Shown one piece after another: positions 10,055 through 21,273 of a stretch of 64,000 nt of DNA. Within the stretch, counting starts at the first letter, position 1, and every line of letters begins with the position of its first letter. The notes below the pieces were generated by a model. It ran no database searches and had not been told where the DNA came from. It saw nothing but the letters and a program-made list of their open reading frames with translations. A program made the translations under genes and the position numbers. Source of the stretch: Bacillota bacterium (GTDB lineage: Bacteria > Bacillota > DTU025); assembly GCA_050951805.1 (NCBI GenBank), contig JBMNJT010000002.1, positions 1,408,001 through 1,472,000 of the forward strand, given 5' to 3'.

Positions 10055-12217
10055 TCAGTTGATCGCCGCCCTGCGCACACTTTGGACCCCTGAAATCCGT
10101 CTGAGCCTCTCCATCACAGAATCCATGTGCTCCACGTCATGTATCTCCACAGTCATGTTTATCACAGCTACCCTGTTTTTGAGGGTCCTGGCAGTAACTG
10201 CGCTTACATGGGCCTTCATCTCCACAGCGGTGTTGATTACACCTGTGAGAAGACCGGGAGCGTCGTAAGCTTCCATCTCGATCTCGACAGGGTATGATTC
10301 GCCGTCCTTTGTATCCCAATACACATCGACAACACGGTCTTTTTCAGCATTAACTATAATCATGGCATTAGGACAATCTTTCCTGTGAACCGAAACCCCA
10401 CGACCGCGGGTTACATATCCCACTATGGGATCGCCGGGCACCGGGTTGCAACACCTTGCGAACCTAACCAGCAAGTTGTCTACCCCAGGAACCCGAACTC
10501 CATGGGAAGACCCGGCCTTTTTCTTGGCTGGCGAGGGCTTGGGCGTCTCATCTGCAGCCCGCTCAGGAACGAGTTTGGTGACAACTTGGGCCGCCGACAG
10601 CTTGCCATAACCTACACTTGCAAGCAGGTCATCGGTACTCTGATAACTGAACTTCTGCGCCACCTCGAGCAATCGCTCTTCCTTCATGTTCGCACGCACT
10701 TGGAGCCCGAGCTTTTTCAGTTCCTTCTCCACAAGCTCCTTACCCTGTTCCACCGATGCTTCTCGTTGCTCTTCCTTAAGCCATTGCCTGATCTTTCCCT
10801 TGGCTTTCGATGTTTTGGCTATGGCCAGCCAGTCTCTACTGGGACCTGCTTGCGACTTGCTGGTAATGATCTCCACAATGTCGCCAGTTGCCAGCTTAGT
10901 GTTGAGCGGAACCATCCTCCCGTTCACTCGCGCTCCCGAGCATGAGTGTCCCACATCAGTGTGGACGGCATATGCAAAGTCGATCGGGGTTGACCCAGCA
11001 GGCAGCGTCTTCACATCACCCCGCGGGGTAAAGACGTATACCTCGTCCGAGAAGAGGTCGACCTTGAGCGTCTCAACGAACTCCGTGCCGTTTCTCGTCT
11101 CTTTCTGCCACTCGAGGATCTGCCTGAGCCAGGTGATCTTATCTTCGAAATCGCCCCCTCCCCCGCCCTCCTTATAGCGCCAGTGGGCAGCGATTCCGTA
11201 TTCGGCAGTTCTGTGCATCTCCCACGTGCGTATCTGGATCTCCAGAGGCTCGCCCCTAGGGCCGATAACAGTCGTATGGAGGGATTGATACATATTCGAC
11301 TTGGGCATGGCAACATAGTCCTTGAAACGTCCGGGAATTGGCTTCCAGATGCTGTGGACTGCTCCAAGCACCGCATAACATTCACGAAGTGTGCCTACTA
11401 TTACCCGAAGCCCCATGAGATCCCAGATTTCGCTGAAATCCTTGCCTTGCTTTTCCATCTTCCGGTATATGCTGTAGAAGTGTTTCGGACGTCCCTGGAT
11501 CTCAGCGGAAATCCCGATCTCTGTGAGCGCAGCCTCGAGCGTCTCGCGAGCCTCTTCAATGTATCCTTCCCTCTCCTGCCTCTTCGTAGCGACCTTCTCT
11601 ACCAGATCGTAGTAGGCATCGGTATCAAGATACCTGAGGGATAGGTCCTCCAGTTCCCATTTCATCCTCCACATTCCAAGCCGATGCGCTAAAGGAGCAT
11701 ATATCTCCAGCGTCTCACCGGCCACCCGTCTCTGCTTGTCAGGAGGGGAGAAATCCAAAGTTTGCATGTTGTGGAGCCTGTCCGCCAGTTTGATCAGGAT
11801 GACCCGAATGTCCTTGGCCATGGCCACGAACATCTTCCTCAGGCTCTCAGCCTGCTGTTCCTCGCGACTCTTGAAATCCATCCGCGACAATTTGGTTACC
11901 CCGTCCACAAGCGTAGCAATCTCCGAACCAAACACCTGGCTAATCTCCTCGTAGCTCCTTCCCGTGTCCTCTATCACGTCATGGAGCAAACCCGCAGCTA
12001 TGGTGTTGGGATCCAAATTCATGTCAGCGAGGATGAACGCCACTGCGACCGGGTGGTCAAAGTATGGCTCGCCAGACTCGCGCACCTGCCCGTCGTGGGC
12101 GTCACGAGCATAATCCCACGCGCGCTCTATGACGCTAAGATCAGCATCCGGACGGTTTGCTCCGGCCTTGGCAAGCAATTCTTCCAATGTGCGCGGCTCA
12201 TTCTGACCATGGACCAT
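10055..12217 (-). CDS. relA: Bifunctional (p)ppGpp synthetase/hydrolase Rel
   Basis: HD domain (HDVIED), GRPKH, YQSLHT, EIQIRT, TGS, CCNP zinc finger and ACT domains. Confidence 0.97.
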   Translation of the reverse strand: MVHGQNEPRTLEELLAKAGANRPDADLSVIERAWDYARDAHDGQVRESGEPYFDHPVAVAFILADMNLDPNTIAAGLLHDVIEDTGRSYEEISQVFGSEIATLVDGVTKLSRMDFKSREEQQAESLRKMFVAMAKDIRVILIKLADRLHNMQTLDFSPPDKQRRVAGETLEIYAPLAHRLGMWRMKWELEDLSLRYLDTDAYYDLVEKVATKRQEREGYIEEARETLEAALTEIGISAEIQGRPKHFYSIYRKMEKQGKDFSEIWDLMGLRVIVGTLRECYAVLGAVHSIWKPIPGRFKDYVAMPKSNMYQSLHTTVIGPRGEPLEIQIRTWEMHRTAEYGIAAHWRYKEGGGGGDFEDKITWLRQILEWQKETRNGTEFVETLKVDLFSDEVYVFTPRGDVKTLPAGSTPIDFAYAVHTDVGHSCSGARVNGRMVPLNTKLATGDIVEIITSKSQAGPSRDWLAIAKTSKAKGKIRQWLKEEQREASVEQGKELVEKELKKLGLQVRANMKEERLLEVAQKFSYQSTDDLLASVGYGKLSAAQVVTKLVPERAADETPKPSPAKKKAGSSHGVRVPGVDNLLVRFARCCNPVPGDPIVGYVTRGRGVSVHRKDCPNAMIIVNAEKDRVVDVYWDTKDGESYPVEIEMEAYDAPGLLTGVINTAVEMKAHVSAVTARTLKNRVAVINMTVEIHDVEHMDSVMERLRRISGVQSVRRAAIN

Positions 12218-12301
12218 CCCCGCCGCCCCCCTTTCAAAACCTCGGAGAGGATTCTTTCTTAGACTACGGCACTGCAAGCGCGGCCAGAAACTGCGACGCC
12301 A

Positions 12302-14026
12302 TTATGCATCCTGGGACTTTCTCAGGTCTTTCACGATCAATTGCGGCTCTCTGCGACCATTCCACTCATTCACCTCGAGGGAATACAGAACATCCACTTC
12401 TGAAAAACCCTGAGACACGTCTACATGGCTGCCTGCCATGCGAAAACCGATAGCATCTATCACTCGTCCGCCCCGTCCCAGCTTCAGCTTCAAATGTTTT
12501 CCGTCGGGCCCTACGTTCCTCCGCTCCAGAACATGCATGTTCCTTGTGACAAAGAGTGGAGTCGGATTACCGTATCCAAAGGGTTCCAGACGTTCCAGTT
12601 CCATCGCGAGCTCGATACAGATCTCGTCTTCGCCAAGCTCTGCATCGACAAGCACCCTTGGAACGAGATCCTCCTCTGTAAGCCATTCATGTCCTATCTC
12701 GTTGAGCCGTTCTCTGAACAAGTCCAAATCTTCCGCCTTTATTGACAATCCTGCCGCCTGTGAATGTCCTCCGTATTTGAGCAACAGATCAGAACATTCC
12801 GTCAGAGCCGAATACAGATTGAATGCAGGTATACTTCTGGCTGATCCCCTGCCCACGTCTCCCTCAAAGGATATGAGGACCGTAGGCCTGTACGTCAGCT
12901 CAGCTATTCTCGACGCAACGATTCCAATAACCCCACTGTGCCATCGGTCAGAGCCCAACACGATTGCGCGAGTAGTCTGTGTATTCATCTTGCTCACAGG
13001 CACCCAGGCCTCCCGCAAGATGGAGAGCTCGATCTCTTGCCTTTTGCGGTTTTCTTCGTCGAGCATGGCGGCGAGCTCTGCAGCCTCCTGGGCCGAATCG
13101 GTCAGGAGCAACCTGGCTCCCAGGCTTGGATCGCCAAGCCTTCCGGCTGCATTCACCCTAGGACCCACCGTAAAACTGACGTGCCCTGCCCGAATCTCCC
13201 GGCCTGAAAGATCCGATACGTCCAAAAGGGCATTGATGCCGTGATTTGAAGATCGCCCCATAAGCTCCAGCCCAGCCTTGGCTATTATCCTGTTCTCCCC
13301 CTGTAACGGCACCACATCTGCAATGGTCCCGAGAGCCACGATATCGAGATACTTGTGTGGGTCTGCCGCGCACGGCGGCCTTCCCGCAAGGGTCCATACA
13401 GCCTGAGCAAGTTTGAACGCCACGCCGACTCCGGCCAGTTCCTTGAAGGGATACCGGGAATCGTGGCGCTTTGGGTCTACAACACCAACACACGAAGGCA
13501 GGATACTTCCAGCTTCGTGGTGGTCGGTGATGATCACGTCTATGCCCAGCTCAGAGGCATAATCGACCTCTTCAATAGCACTGACACCGCAGTCTACGGT
13601 CACCAACAGCGACACGCCGTCGCCAGCAGCCTGCTCTATTGCTTCTCTGTTAAGCCCGTATCCTTCCACAAGTCGATTGGGAATGTGGTAGTCCACATTC
13701 GCCCCCAAAGATCTCAAGACGGAAACAAGCAGCGCAACAGAGGTTATCCCGTCTACATCGTAATCCCCGTATACCCGTATTCCCTCACCAATTTCCACGG
13801 CAGCCCAAAGCCTAGCAGCCGATTGCTCCATGTCAGGCATAGCGAAAGGATCATGCATTTCCGAAGGGTCAGGCATTAGGAAAGCCCCAACAGACTTCTC
13901 ATCAACAATGCCCCTGTTCGCCAAAACACGGGCAAGAACGGGCGAGATGCCGCATGTTGCCGCTAGCCTTTTTTCTGCTGCCGAGTCTCCTTCACGAAGC
14001 TCCCATATCGTTCTTCTAGGGGCCAT
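12302..14026 (-). CDS. recJ: Single-stranded DNA exonuclease RecJ
   Basis: GDYDVDG, TVDCG, TDHH, GGHSQAAG, PFGYGNP. Confidence 0.97.
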   Translation of the reverse strand: MAPRRTIWELREGDSAAEKRLAATCGISPVLARVLANRGIVDEKSVGAFLMPDPSEMHDPFAMPDMEQSAARLWAAVEIGEGIRVYGDYDVDGITSVALLVSVLRSLGANVDYHIPNRLVEGYGLNREAIEQAAGDGVSLLVTVDCGVSAIEEVDYASELGIDVIITDHHEAGSILPSCVGVVDPKRHDSRYPFKELAGVGVAFKLAQAVWTLAGRPPCAADPHKYLDIVALGTIADVVPLQGENRIIAKAGLELMGRSSNHGINALLDVSDLSGREIRAGHVSFTVGPRVNAAGRLGDPSLGARLLLTDSAQEAAELAAMLDEENRKRQEIELSILREAWVPVSKMNTQTTRAIVLGSDRWHSGVIGIVASRIAELTYRPTVLISFEGDVGRGSARSIPAFNLYSALTECSDLLLKYGGHSQAAGLSIKAEDLDLFRERLNEIGHEWLTEEDLVPRVLVDAELGEDEICIELAMELERLEPFGYGNPTPLFVTRNMHVLERRNVGPDGKHLKLKLGRGGRVIDAIGFRMAGSHVDVSQGFSEVDVLYSLEVNEWNGRREPQLIVKDLRKSQDA

Positions 14027-14101
14027 AGATTTCTCCACCTTAATCAGGAACCATTCGACTTTTGTCCAAGTTCCCCTTCTAGTCATGTACATGATTCAAT
14101 A

Positions 14102-15850
14102 CTACCACGTTTGAACCCTTTCGCGCTCGTCCTTTACCAGCTTTGCCAGCAAGTCGCGGTCGAACTCATCAACAATGTACAAGGTCCCGTTGGCGATCTC
14201 GGTGAGCTTCCGCAGAAACCCTCGATTGGGAGCAAGACCTATGCAGGTGAACGGCAGCTTGTTCCTGGCAATCTGTTCCGCCGCCACCAGTGCATCTCTA
14301 GCAGGGTCCCCCGTCCAATAGTTCATCGTGGGTATGCCATCTGTAAGCAAGACGAGCATGGTCGGTACCCCTTTACGCGACCCCAAAAGCTTCACAGCCT
14401 CCACAATTCCAGCTGCGAGCGGAGTCAGCCCTGCAGGCCTCACCGTTGCCAATCCGTCTTCAAGCGCCCTGATCGACCTTGCCCGCAATACATGCTGAGT
14501 TACCTTCCTGTCCTGAAAAGTGAGGACACTCACCTTGTCGCGGCAAGTCAAGAAGAGGTGGCGGGCGAGGTGTTTTGCAGCCTGTATCCGCCTCCCGGCC
14601 ATACTTGCGCTGGCATCTATCAGCAGACACACATCAACCCTGGCCGGACGTCTGACCTGCTCTATACGGATATCCTCCCTTTGGATCGGGCTGTGGCTCC
14701 CTTCCGTTGCGCAACGTACAGCCCAACTCCGCACCGTTTCAGCAACGGAGATATTGCCCCGGTAATCGACCTCAGACGCGGGAATCACAGTCCGTACAAT
14801 ACCCGGTCCGTTTCCAGCTCTCATGCCCTTGGAGAAATCGCTCCGCTCCAGGGGCGTGCCACGCGGCCTGGCGCTCCGACGGATGATGCGACGGACCTGG
14901 TTCTCCACCTCTCTGGCGAATTTCTTGAGAAACGACGCAAGACGCCTGCCCTTAACTGTAAGGACAAGCGCAGCGCCTTCTCCCTCCACGATTTCCAACG
15001 TTCTCAGTTTCGCCAGCATTCCCTCTGCGTCACCAAATTCCCGTTCCAACATGGCATAGGGATTCTCTCGCCTGCCCGGACCGGCCACACATTCCAGAAA
15101 TGATTTAAAACTGTTCACTGAGCCGAAATCAGTGCAAACCTCCAAAGCTTGCTTCATCAGATCCGGTAGGCTGTTTCCTCCATCATACGGGATTTGCCCA
15201 CGCATGTAAGAATCGGTCGAACACGAATAAGGAGAAAGATCGACCGGCGAGGACTCGGAAGAGGAAGCATTCTCTATCTGTTCCAATCGGCGCAGGCCAA
15301 CACCGCTCGAAACGATTGATGCTTCAACCTCACGGACAATGTAGTAGACCAATCCTACCATCTCAGGCGGGAGGAATGCCGCAACGTGCACGTGCCCGCG
15401 GTGGGCAATCTTGAGGGACTCCTTCTGTCCGAAATTGAGGCTGCCTGTGACGCGCCCGCCACCTGTCGCGGTCTGAACATCGATGAAGTCCGCTAGACCA
15501 GCGATAGACCAAATCGGTCCGCCTAATTCCAGCAGGGGCCTAGGGAGTACAGACATCTGCTGACCATAAGCCTCAACCGCCCGCCTTATCGCTTCCGCCG
15601 CCGTACGATGGTCCACGTCTGCCAACTCATGAAAAATGTCTATATGAACTACTTCATCCGTCGAAGACCGCTGGTAGAAAACCTGTCCCGCATCGAGGCG
15701 GCATTGGACCTGAGCCTGCCCCGGACAATGCGGGTCTAGCACGTGGACACACCTTGATACCAAAGCCGTCTCGCCTATTCTCACACCACGCCCAAGATCT
15801 AGCTCACCGTTGATCTCACGGGCAAAGCCGAGAAGAGCATCGATGTTCAA
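14102..15850 (-). CDS. vWA domain protein (ChlD/BchD C-terminus-like) with an unrecognised ~390-aa N-terminal region
   Basis: MIDAS motif LIDASASM...GLTPLA...LLTDG. The TTG start overlaps the upstream TGA (4-nt overlap TTGA). Confidence 0.82.
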   Translation of the reverse strand: MNIDALLGFAREINGELDLGRGVRIGETALVSRCVHVLDPHCPGQAQVQCRLDAGQVFYQRSSTDEVVHIDIFHELADVDHRTAAEAIRRAVEAYGQQMSVLPRPLLELGGPIWSIAGLADFIDVQTATGGGRVTGSLNFGQKESLKIAHRGHVHVAAFLPPEMVGLVYYIVREVEASIVSSGVGLRRLEQIENASSSESSPVDLSPYSCSTDSYMRGQIPYDGGNSLPDLMKQALEVCTDFGSVNSFKSFLECVAGPGRRENPYAMLEREFGDAEGMLAKLRTLEIVEGEGAALVLTVKGRRLASFLKKFAREVENQVRRIIRRSARPRGTPLERSDFSKGMRAGNGPGIVRTVIPASEVDYRGNISVAETVRSWAVRCATEGSHSPIQREDIRIEQVRRPARVDVCLLIDASASMAGRRIQAAKHLARHLFLTCRDKVSVLTFQDRKVTQHVLRARSIRALEDGLATVRPAGLTPLAAGIVEAVKLLGSRKGVPTMLVLLTDGIPTMNYWTGDPARDALVAAEQIARNKLPFTCIGLAPNRGFLRKLTEIANGTLYIVDEFDRDLLAKLVKDERERVQTW

Positions 15851-17544
15851 GCCAGATCATCCTCTGAGAACACAAGCTTCGGGCCAATATCGGTTATGGG
15901 CCGCGCGGGGGTTGGAGGGCAGACCTCGCTCACCGAAGCCGACCCGGCCTTAGCACGGGTTCCCCCTGCATAACCCCAACGCCCTCCTTCACCTGATACT
16001 CCAACATCGTCTGCGTCCTCCTCGCCACCCTGGGCCTGACAATGCCTATCCCCTCCGTCTGCGCTAGCGCCTTCCTTTCCGACCAGGCGATCTTCGGATT
16101 TCATCCTTTCCATAATCCGATGGAGAATGCCTCTCAAGCCAGGCCCCCCGCAATCTGCTCCATTCGGCTTCGATGTTGCCACCTCACTGCCTAGATTTCG
16201 ATCGCGCCCGGAAGTGTTGGCCGCATCAAGCGGAGCACGTGTTGTATCCCACGTCGCCAAGGTCTCACACGTATCTGCGACAGACGCCGTCTTAGATACC
16301 CTCGACTTGTCGGCCTCCGACCGCGCAAGCCCTCCGTAGCCTGCCGTAGCATTGGGACGTCCCTGCCCATGGCCAGCCCTTTCTTGCAGTGCATCGACAT
16401 ACCTCATTATGTTCGCCAGAGCTGACACGTCCACTCGGTGCCGAAGCGCTAAGGGTAGGATAATGCGAATGTCCTCCAGGCAAACGCAGCTTCGTCCGGC
16501 CAAGGCCGCGCGGCACCGGGCCGCGCTCTTCGCCGACTCGAGCGCCCTTATACTCTCTATGTCGAAGTCCACGTAGAGAGTGGCCAAGAGCTCTACAAGA
16601 TCATCAGGGAACTCTACTTGCGGCGCCAAGAGGGCCGCTGCGGTCAAACGCCCCGGCCAACTGCCGGGGGCATTCATGTTGCAGACGCCCGCTTGACCTG
16701 TCGCCAGCTCTATCCGCCCGCCCAAGCCCGACGGATTAAGTCTTCTTGACGCATCAGTCCGCTCGTGGGTTCCAATTGCGTCGCATTCCTCCCATGGCCT
16801 GCATCTTCTCATCGCTCCCTGTGTCGCGAAGTCATCGCATTCCAGAATACGACGTATCATTGAAGCCTGGCTCGTTCTGCCCATTTCCACCGATAAGTCG
16901 AACCTGTCCGCAAGCTGCCTTCTTACGTCCTCAAGGGGCCCGGGATCCTCATCAGGATTGGACGCAGCCCAGACGCTGATCTCCACGGGCATCGACACCA
17001 CTGGAAGACCGGCCTCCTCGATCTGAATTCTGCCTGGTCTCGTCCCCATCACATCAAGCAGCACATCGGTGAGTTCGGGCGAAGTGTCGGCAAGCCGGTT
17101 CACCTCGTCTACGAAGAGAATGCCCCGATTCGACTTGGGGATAGTCCCCAGAAGGAGAGCGGCCTGAGGTTTCTCCCGGTCCATCACTTGGGCGAGATCT
17201 ATGCTCCCGACGACAGTTCCCAATTTGGCCGAATGGGATATCTCGCGGAAAGGCATAGGTATTCGTTCCGAAGCGAGCGCTTCCAGTTCAGACAAAGGGA
17301 GGTCGCGATGGTCTGGGCAGTGAGGCGCCCATGTCCGACAATTCTGTTCACATGCGGCTATCCGCTCTATTGTCGGGAGGATAGTAGCGGCGGATCTGAA
17401 TATCGTCGTCTTCCCTGTGCCTCTTACGCCCTCTGCGTGCACATGCATGGGACGTCCTGCAAGCGAGGAGACGATGGAAATCTCGACTGCGGCAAAGAGC
17501 AGGGCATTGCCCTCATGTTTCACAAGATCGTCGTACGTGCGCAA
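15847..17544 (-). CDS. Magnesium-chelatase ChlI/BchI-family AAA+ ATPase with a low-complexity C-terminal tail
   Basis: Walker A GVRGTGKTT, VVGSIDL, Walker B ILFVDEVNRL, ASNPDE, QLADRF, ALRHR. RBS GGAGGGG precedes TTG at 17544. Confidence 0.85.
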   Translation of the reverse strand: MRTYDDLVKHEGNALLFAAVEISIVSSLAGRPMHVHAEGVRGTGKTTIFRSAATILPTIERIAACEQNCRTWAPHCPDHRDLPLSELEALASERIPMPFREISHSAKLGTVVGSIDLAQVMDREKPQAALLLGTIPKSNRGILFVDEVNRLADTSPELTDVLLDVMGTRPGRIQIEEAGLPVVSMPVEISVWAASNPDEDPGPLEDVRRQLADRFDLSVEMGRTSQASMIRRILECDDFATQGAMRRCRPWEECDAIGTHERTDASRRLNPSGLGGRIELATGQAGVCNMNAPGSWPGRLTAAALLAPQVEFPDDLVELLATLYVDFDIESIRALESAKSAARCRAALAGRSCVCLEDIRIILPLALRHRVDVSALANIMRYVDALQERAGHGQGRPNATAGYGGLARSEADKSRVSKTASVADTCETLATWDTTRAPLDAANTSGRDRNLGSEVATSKPNGADCGGPGLRGILHRIMERMKSEDRLVGKEGASADGGDRHCQAQGGEEDADDVGVSGEGGRWGYAGGTRAKAGSASVSEVCPPTPARPITDIGPKLVFSEDDLA

Positions 17545-18116
17545 AATATACCCCTCCGCATCAGTGCTATACCTGAGGTAGTATTGCACCATGCGTGGTC
17601 TTTGATTCCAGTTCTCCTCGAGGATGACTCTAGAGATATCCGGAGAAATCTCGGCGAAGTGAGAACTTATACTCGTGTTTCGCGCATGACATGTTCCACC
17701 CAAAGGCTCACTCAATAGCTACGTGCTCAAAGGTTATCGGCTACAAGTCAGACCGGCAACGTGGGCCATTTTACGCCATCACAAGACACTGCTCATTGAG
17801 AAACGCCTGGCTTGCGGGGCAGTCGGGGGCCATCGGAGCCAAAAGCCCCGTTTTGTAGAGTCTCTCTGGCGAAAGCCTACAAAGCGCGGCCAGACGTGAA
17901 AGCATTTCGCGGGAACATATCCCGCAAGGACATCACTGACGTTTTCCGGAGGGCACCACAGGGACTATCTGATGGACGCGTCACTTGCCATAGAAACAAC
18001 GACTCACCAATAGGCCTCTGGCAACTCGCAAGACACACCTCAACCCAATTTGACTGAATCGTCCAGACTACAGGCAATGCAGCTACAGAATCGCGCAGAA
18101 TCCTGCTGATATTCGT

Positions 18117-18785
18117 CTACAGTAAGCAAACTCCGTTGATCTCCAGTTTGAATTCGCAATCAAGAACCTCGGCAGCGCGTCGGCACATCAACATGCGAGT
18201 AAGAAAGATCTCGAAATAGTCCATAACTGGGCATATCTCAGTGTCGATAGTCACCGTAAGCGTTATCAGACGCTGTTCCGCGTCGACTTCGAGAAATGAA
18301 CGCTCCGCAGCATATGACACCCTGTCATGTATGTCGAAGCTTGCGATGTCGCGCTTGCTCACTCGGGTTCTGTGGACATCGCTCTTGTCGGCCAGTATAA
18401 CCGCTGCTGCGACCTCGTTGACAGGGTGACCATATTCCTCCTCGTGATTGCCCACCGCAGCCATCACAATCGCGACTTCATCTGGATCCATTCCCATTCG
18501 GGTCAACACGCTCATCGCTATGAATGCGCTGCTCTGTCCATGATGGTCCCGTGAGACGGAATTACCTATATCGTGAAGATAACCCGCTATTCCCGCAAGT
18601 TCCGCAGTGCGTGCAGGGTAAACCAGCCTCTCCAGAACGTTATGAGCAATGCTTGATACCAAACCGGCATGTCTGTAGCCATGCTCTGTGAATCCTATCG
18701 CCGCCATGTTACGCATGGCGCACCTTATGAACGCATCTATCTCAGGATCTTGTTTTACATCTTTTAGAGTGATTTTCTTCTCCAA
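18117..18785 (-). CDS. HD-domain phosphohydrolase
   Basis: TEHG..H, YLHDIGN, GNHEE, LADKSDVH. Confidence 0.88.
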   Translation of the reverse strand: MEKKITLKDVKQDPEIDAFIRCAMRNMAAIGFTEHGYRHAGLVSSIAHNVLERLVYPARTAELAGIAGYLHDIGNSVSRDHHGQSSAFIAMSVLTRMGMDPDEVAIVMAAVGNHEEEYGHPVNEVAAAVILADKSDVHRTRVSKRDIASFDIHDRVSYAAERSFLEVDAEQRLITLTVTIDTEICPVMDYFEIFLTRMLMCRRAAEVLDCEFKLEINGVCLL

Positions 18786-18857
18786 CTCCTGTATAGCGCC
18801 TCCCTTCCTTTTCTTCTACAATCCGACTTTATCCCGATGCCGAAGTGTGCTCAAATT

Positions 18858-18887
18858 ATAAAACGGCCGCGCCAAGCCGACGCGGCC
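18858..18887 (-). terminator. Putative intrinsic terminator
   Basis: GGCCGCG-N9-CGCGGCC followed by GTTTTAT. Confidence 0.5.
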
Positions 18888-18908
18888 CGGATATGCATTC
18901 GCTTAAAA

Positions 18909-19691
18909 CTAGATGTAATCGAATGCGTACTGGTCTATGGGTCCGAAGGGGATAAAGAGAGTCCATGAAAGGCTCTTTATGGTTCTGCCCGAAAACTTCG
19001 GATCTACACTCCAGAACGGCATTATCGCGTAGGTGCGCATCGCCACACCTTTCGGAAGTGGCTTCTCAGGTACAACAGCCGGGGGCTGCGCAAAGTATTT
19101 TCCCCGGATTGCGCCATCGGCTTCCACTACATAGAATGCCTCCAATGAAGGGTAGATCAAGCAGTTGTCGGGGCCGGACACATTCTCCACTATGAGATCG
19201 AACTTGATCTCAGGCGGTACCTCCAGCATTCCAACAACCCGAACTCGCACTCCCCCTATCTCCTTGGCCGTGGGAAACAGCCCTTTTCGATAGGAAAGCG
19301 ATATCCACTCTCCGCCAAGCATCTTATCGTCCACGACCCTGAAGCGTCCGGCAATGTCGCGCAGCTTGAGGTATCTGACTCTCAACTGACCGTCAGAATT
19401 CGTGTAGTAGACCTTGGCACGGACACTATCACCTAGGTTTGCGGTTTCCACGGCCGCAATAGAAACTATGCCGTCACTCTTGCCCTCGCGAGACCCAACA
19501 TATTCCACCCACGAGAGAGCTGCGTCGTCCGCAAGTTCCTCAGCACGCCGCCAGTCCCCTTCCTGGAAAGCCATGAGATACTCACGTGCCACCTCTTCAG
19601 CCGTGGCAGTGCTGGAAGCTCCAGCCGAGAAGGGAATCGCCACAAGCAAGATGAGCAAAGCGCCCAACGCCGTCCATCTCTTGCTAGTCAT
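18909..19691 (-). CDS. Hypothetical exported protein
   Basis: Signal peptide (AGA cleavage site) and strong RBS GAGGAGG. AEEVAREYLMAFQEGDWRRA resembles the start of an NTF2-like domain. Confidence 0.75.
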   Translation of the reverse strand: MTSKRWTALGALLILLVAIPFSAGASSTATAEEVAREYLMAFQEGDWRRAEELADDAALSWVEYVGSREGKSDGIVSIAAVETANLGDSVRAKVYYTNSDGQLRVRYLKLRDIAGRFRVVDDKMLGGEWISLSYRKGLFPTAKEIGGVRVRVVGMLEVPPEIKFDLIVENVSGPDNCLIYPSLEAFYVVEADGAIRGKYFAQPPAVVPEKPLPKGVAMRTYAIMPFWSVDPKFSGRTIKSLSWTLFIPFGPIDQYAFDYI

Positions 19692-19724
19692 TATGTAGAG
19701 GCCTCCTCAAAATCGCCCTTCGTC

Positions 19725-20060
19725 CTATGAAATCTCCTCTTCCGTTTCCTTATCCTTGGCCACGTTATCCTTGCCCAGCACATCTTGGACTCCCCATTTG
19801 GCCACTCGCACAATCAACCGTTCGCCCTGGCTGGCGATATTGAGCAGCACTGCATCGTCCTTGATGTCGACTATCTCTCCGTATATTCCGCCAATTGTTG
19901 TTATCCTATTTCCCTTGCGCAATCCCGCAATCATCGCATCACGCTGCTGTTGCTGCTTCTTCTGTGGCCGGATTATCATGAAGTAGAAGAGCAACATCAG
20001 TACGACGAACGGGAGTAATGCTCCTAACAGGCTTGGGGCCTGCCCTGCTTGTGCTTCCAT
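19725..20060 (-). CDS. yajC: Preprotein translocase subunit YajC
   Basis: FYFMIIRPQKK, LRKGNRITTIGGIYG; follows tgt. Confidence 0.95.
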   Translation of the reverse strand: MEAQAGQAPSLLGALLPFVVLMLLFYFMIIRPQKKQQQQRDAMIAGLRKGNRITTIGGIYGEIVDIKDDAVLLNIASQGERLIVRVAKWGVQDVLGKDNVAKDKETEEEIS

Positions 20061-20097
20061 ACGCTGCTTACCTCCATTTTCCCATTCAGGTTGTGTC

Positions 20098-21252
<1,155 letters not shown>

Positions 21253-21273
21253 CTAACCGATGCAAGACAGGCA

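Noticed and set aside
12438-13244. 268-aa Ser-rich + strand ORF
   Set aside because: Antisense to recJ; its composition reflects reverse-complement codons.
14111-15103. 330-aa + strand ORF
   Set aside because: Antisense shadow of the vWA gene with no motifs or convincing RBS.
17545-17715. Longer N-terminus of the AAA+ ATPase given in the ORF track
   Set aside because: A strong RBS precedes TTG at 17544, where family-like sequence begins.
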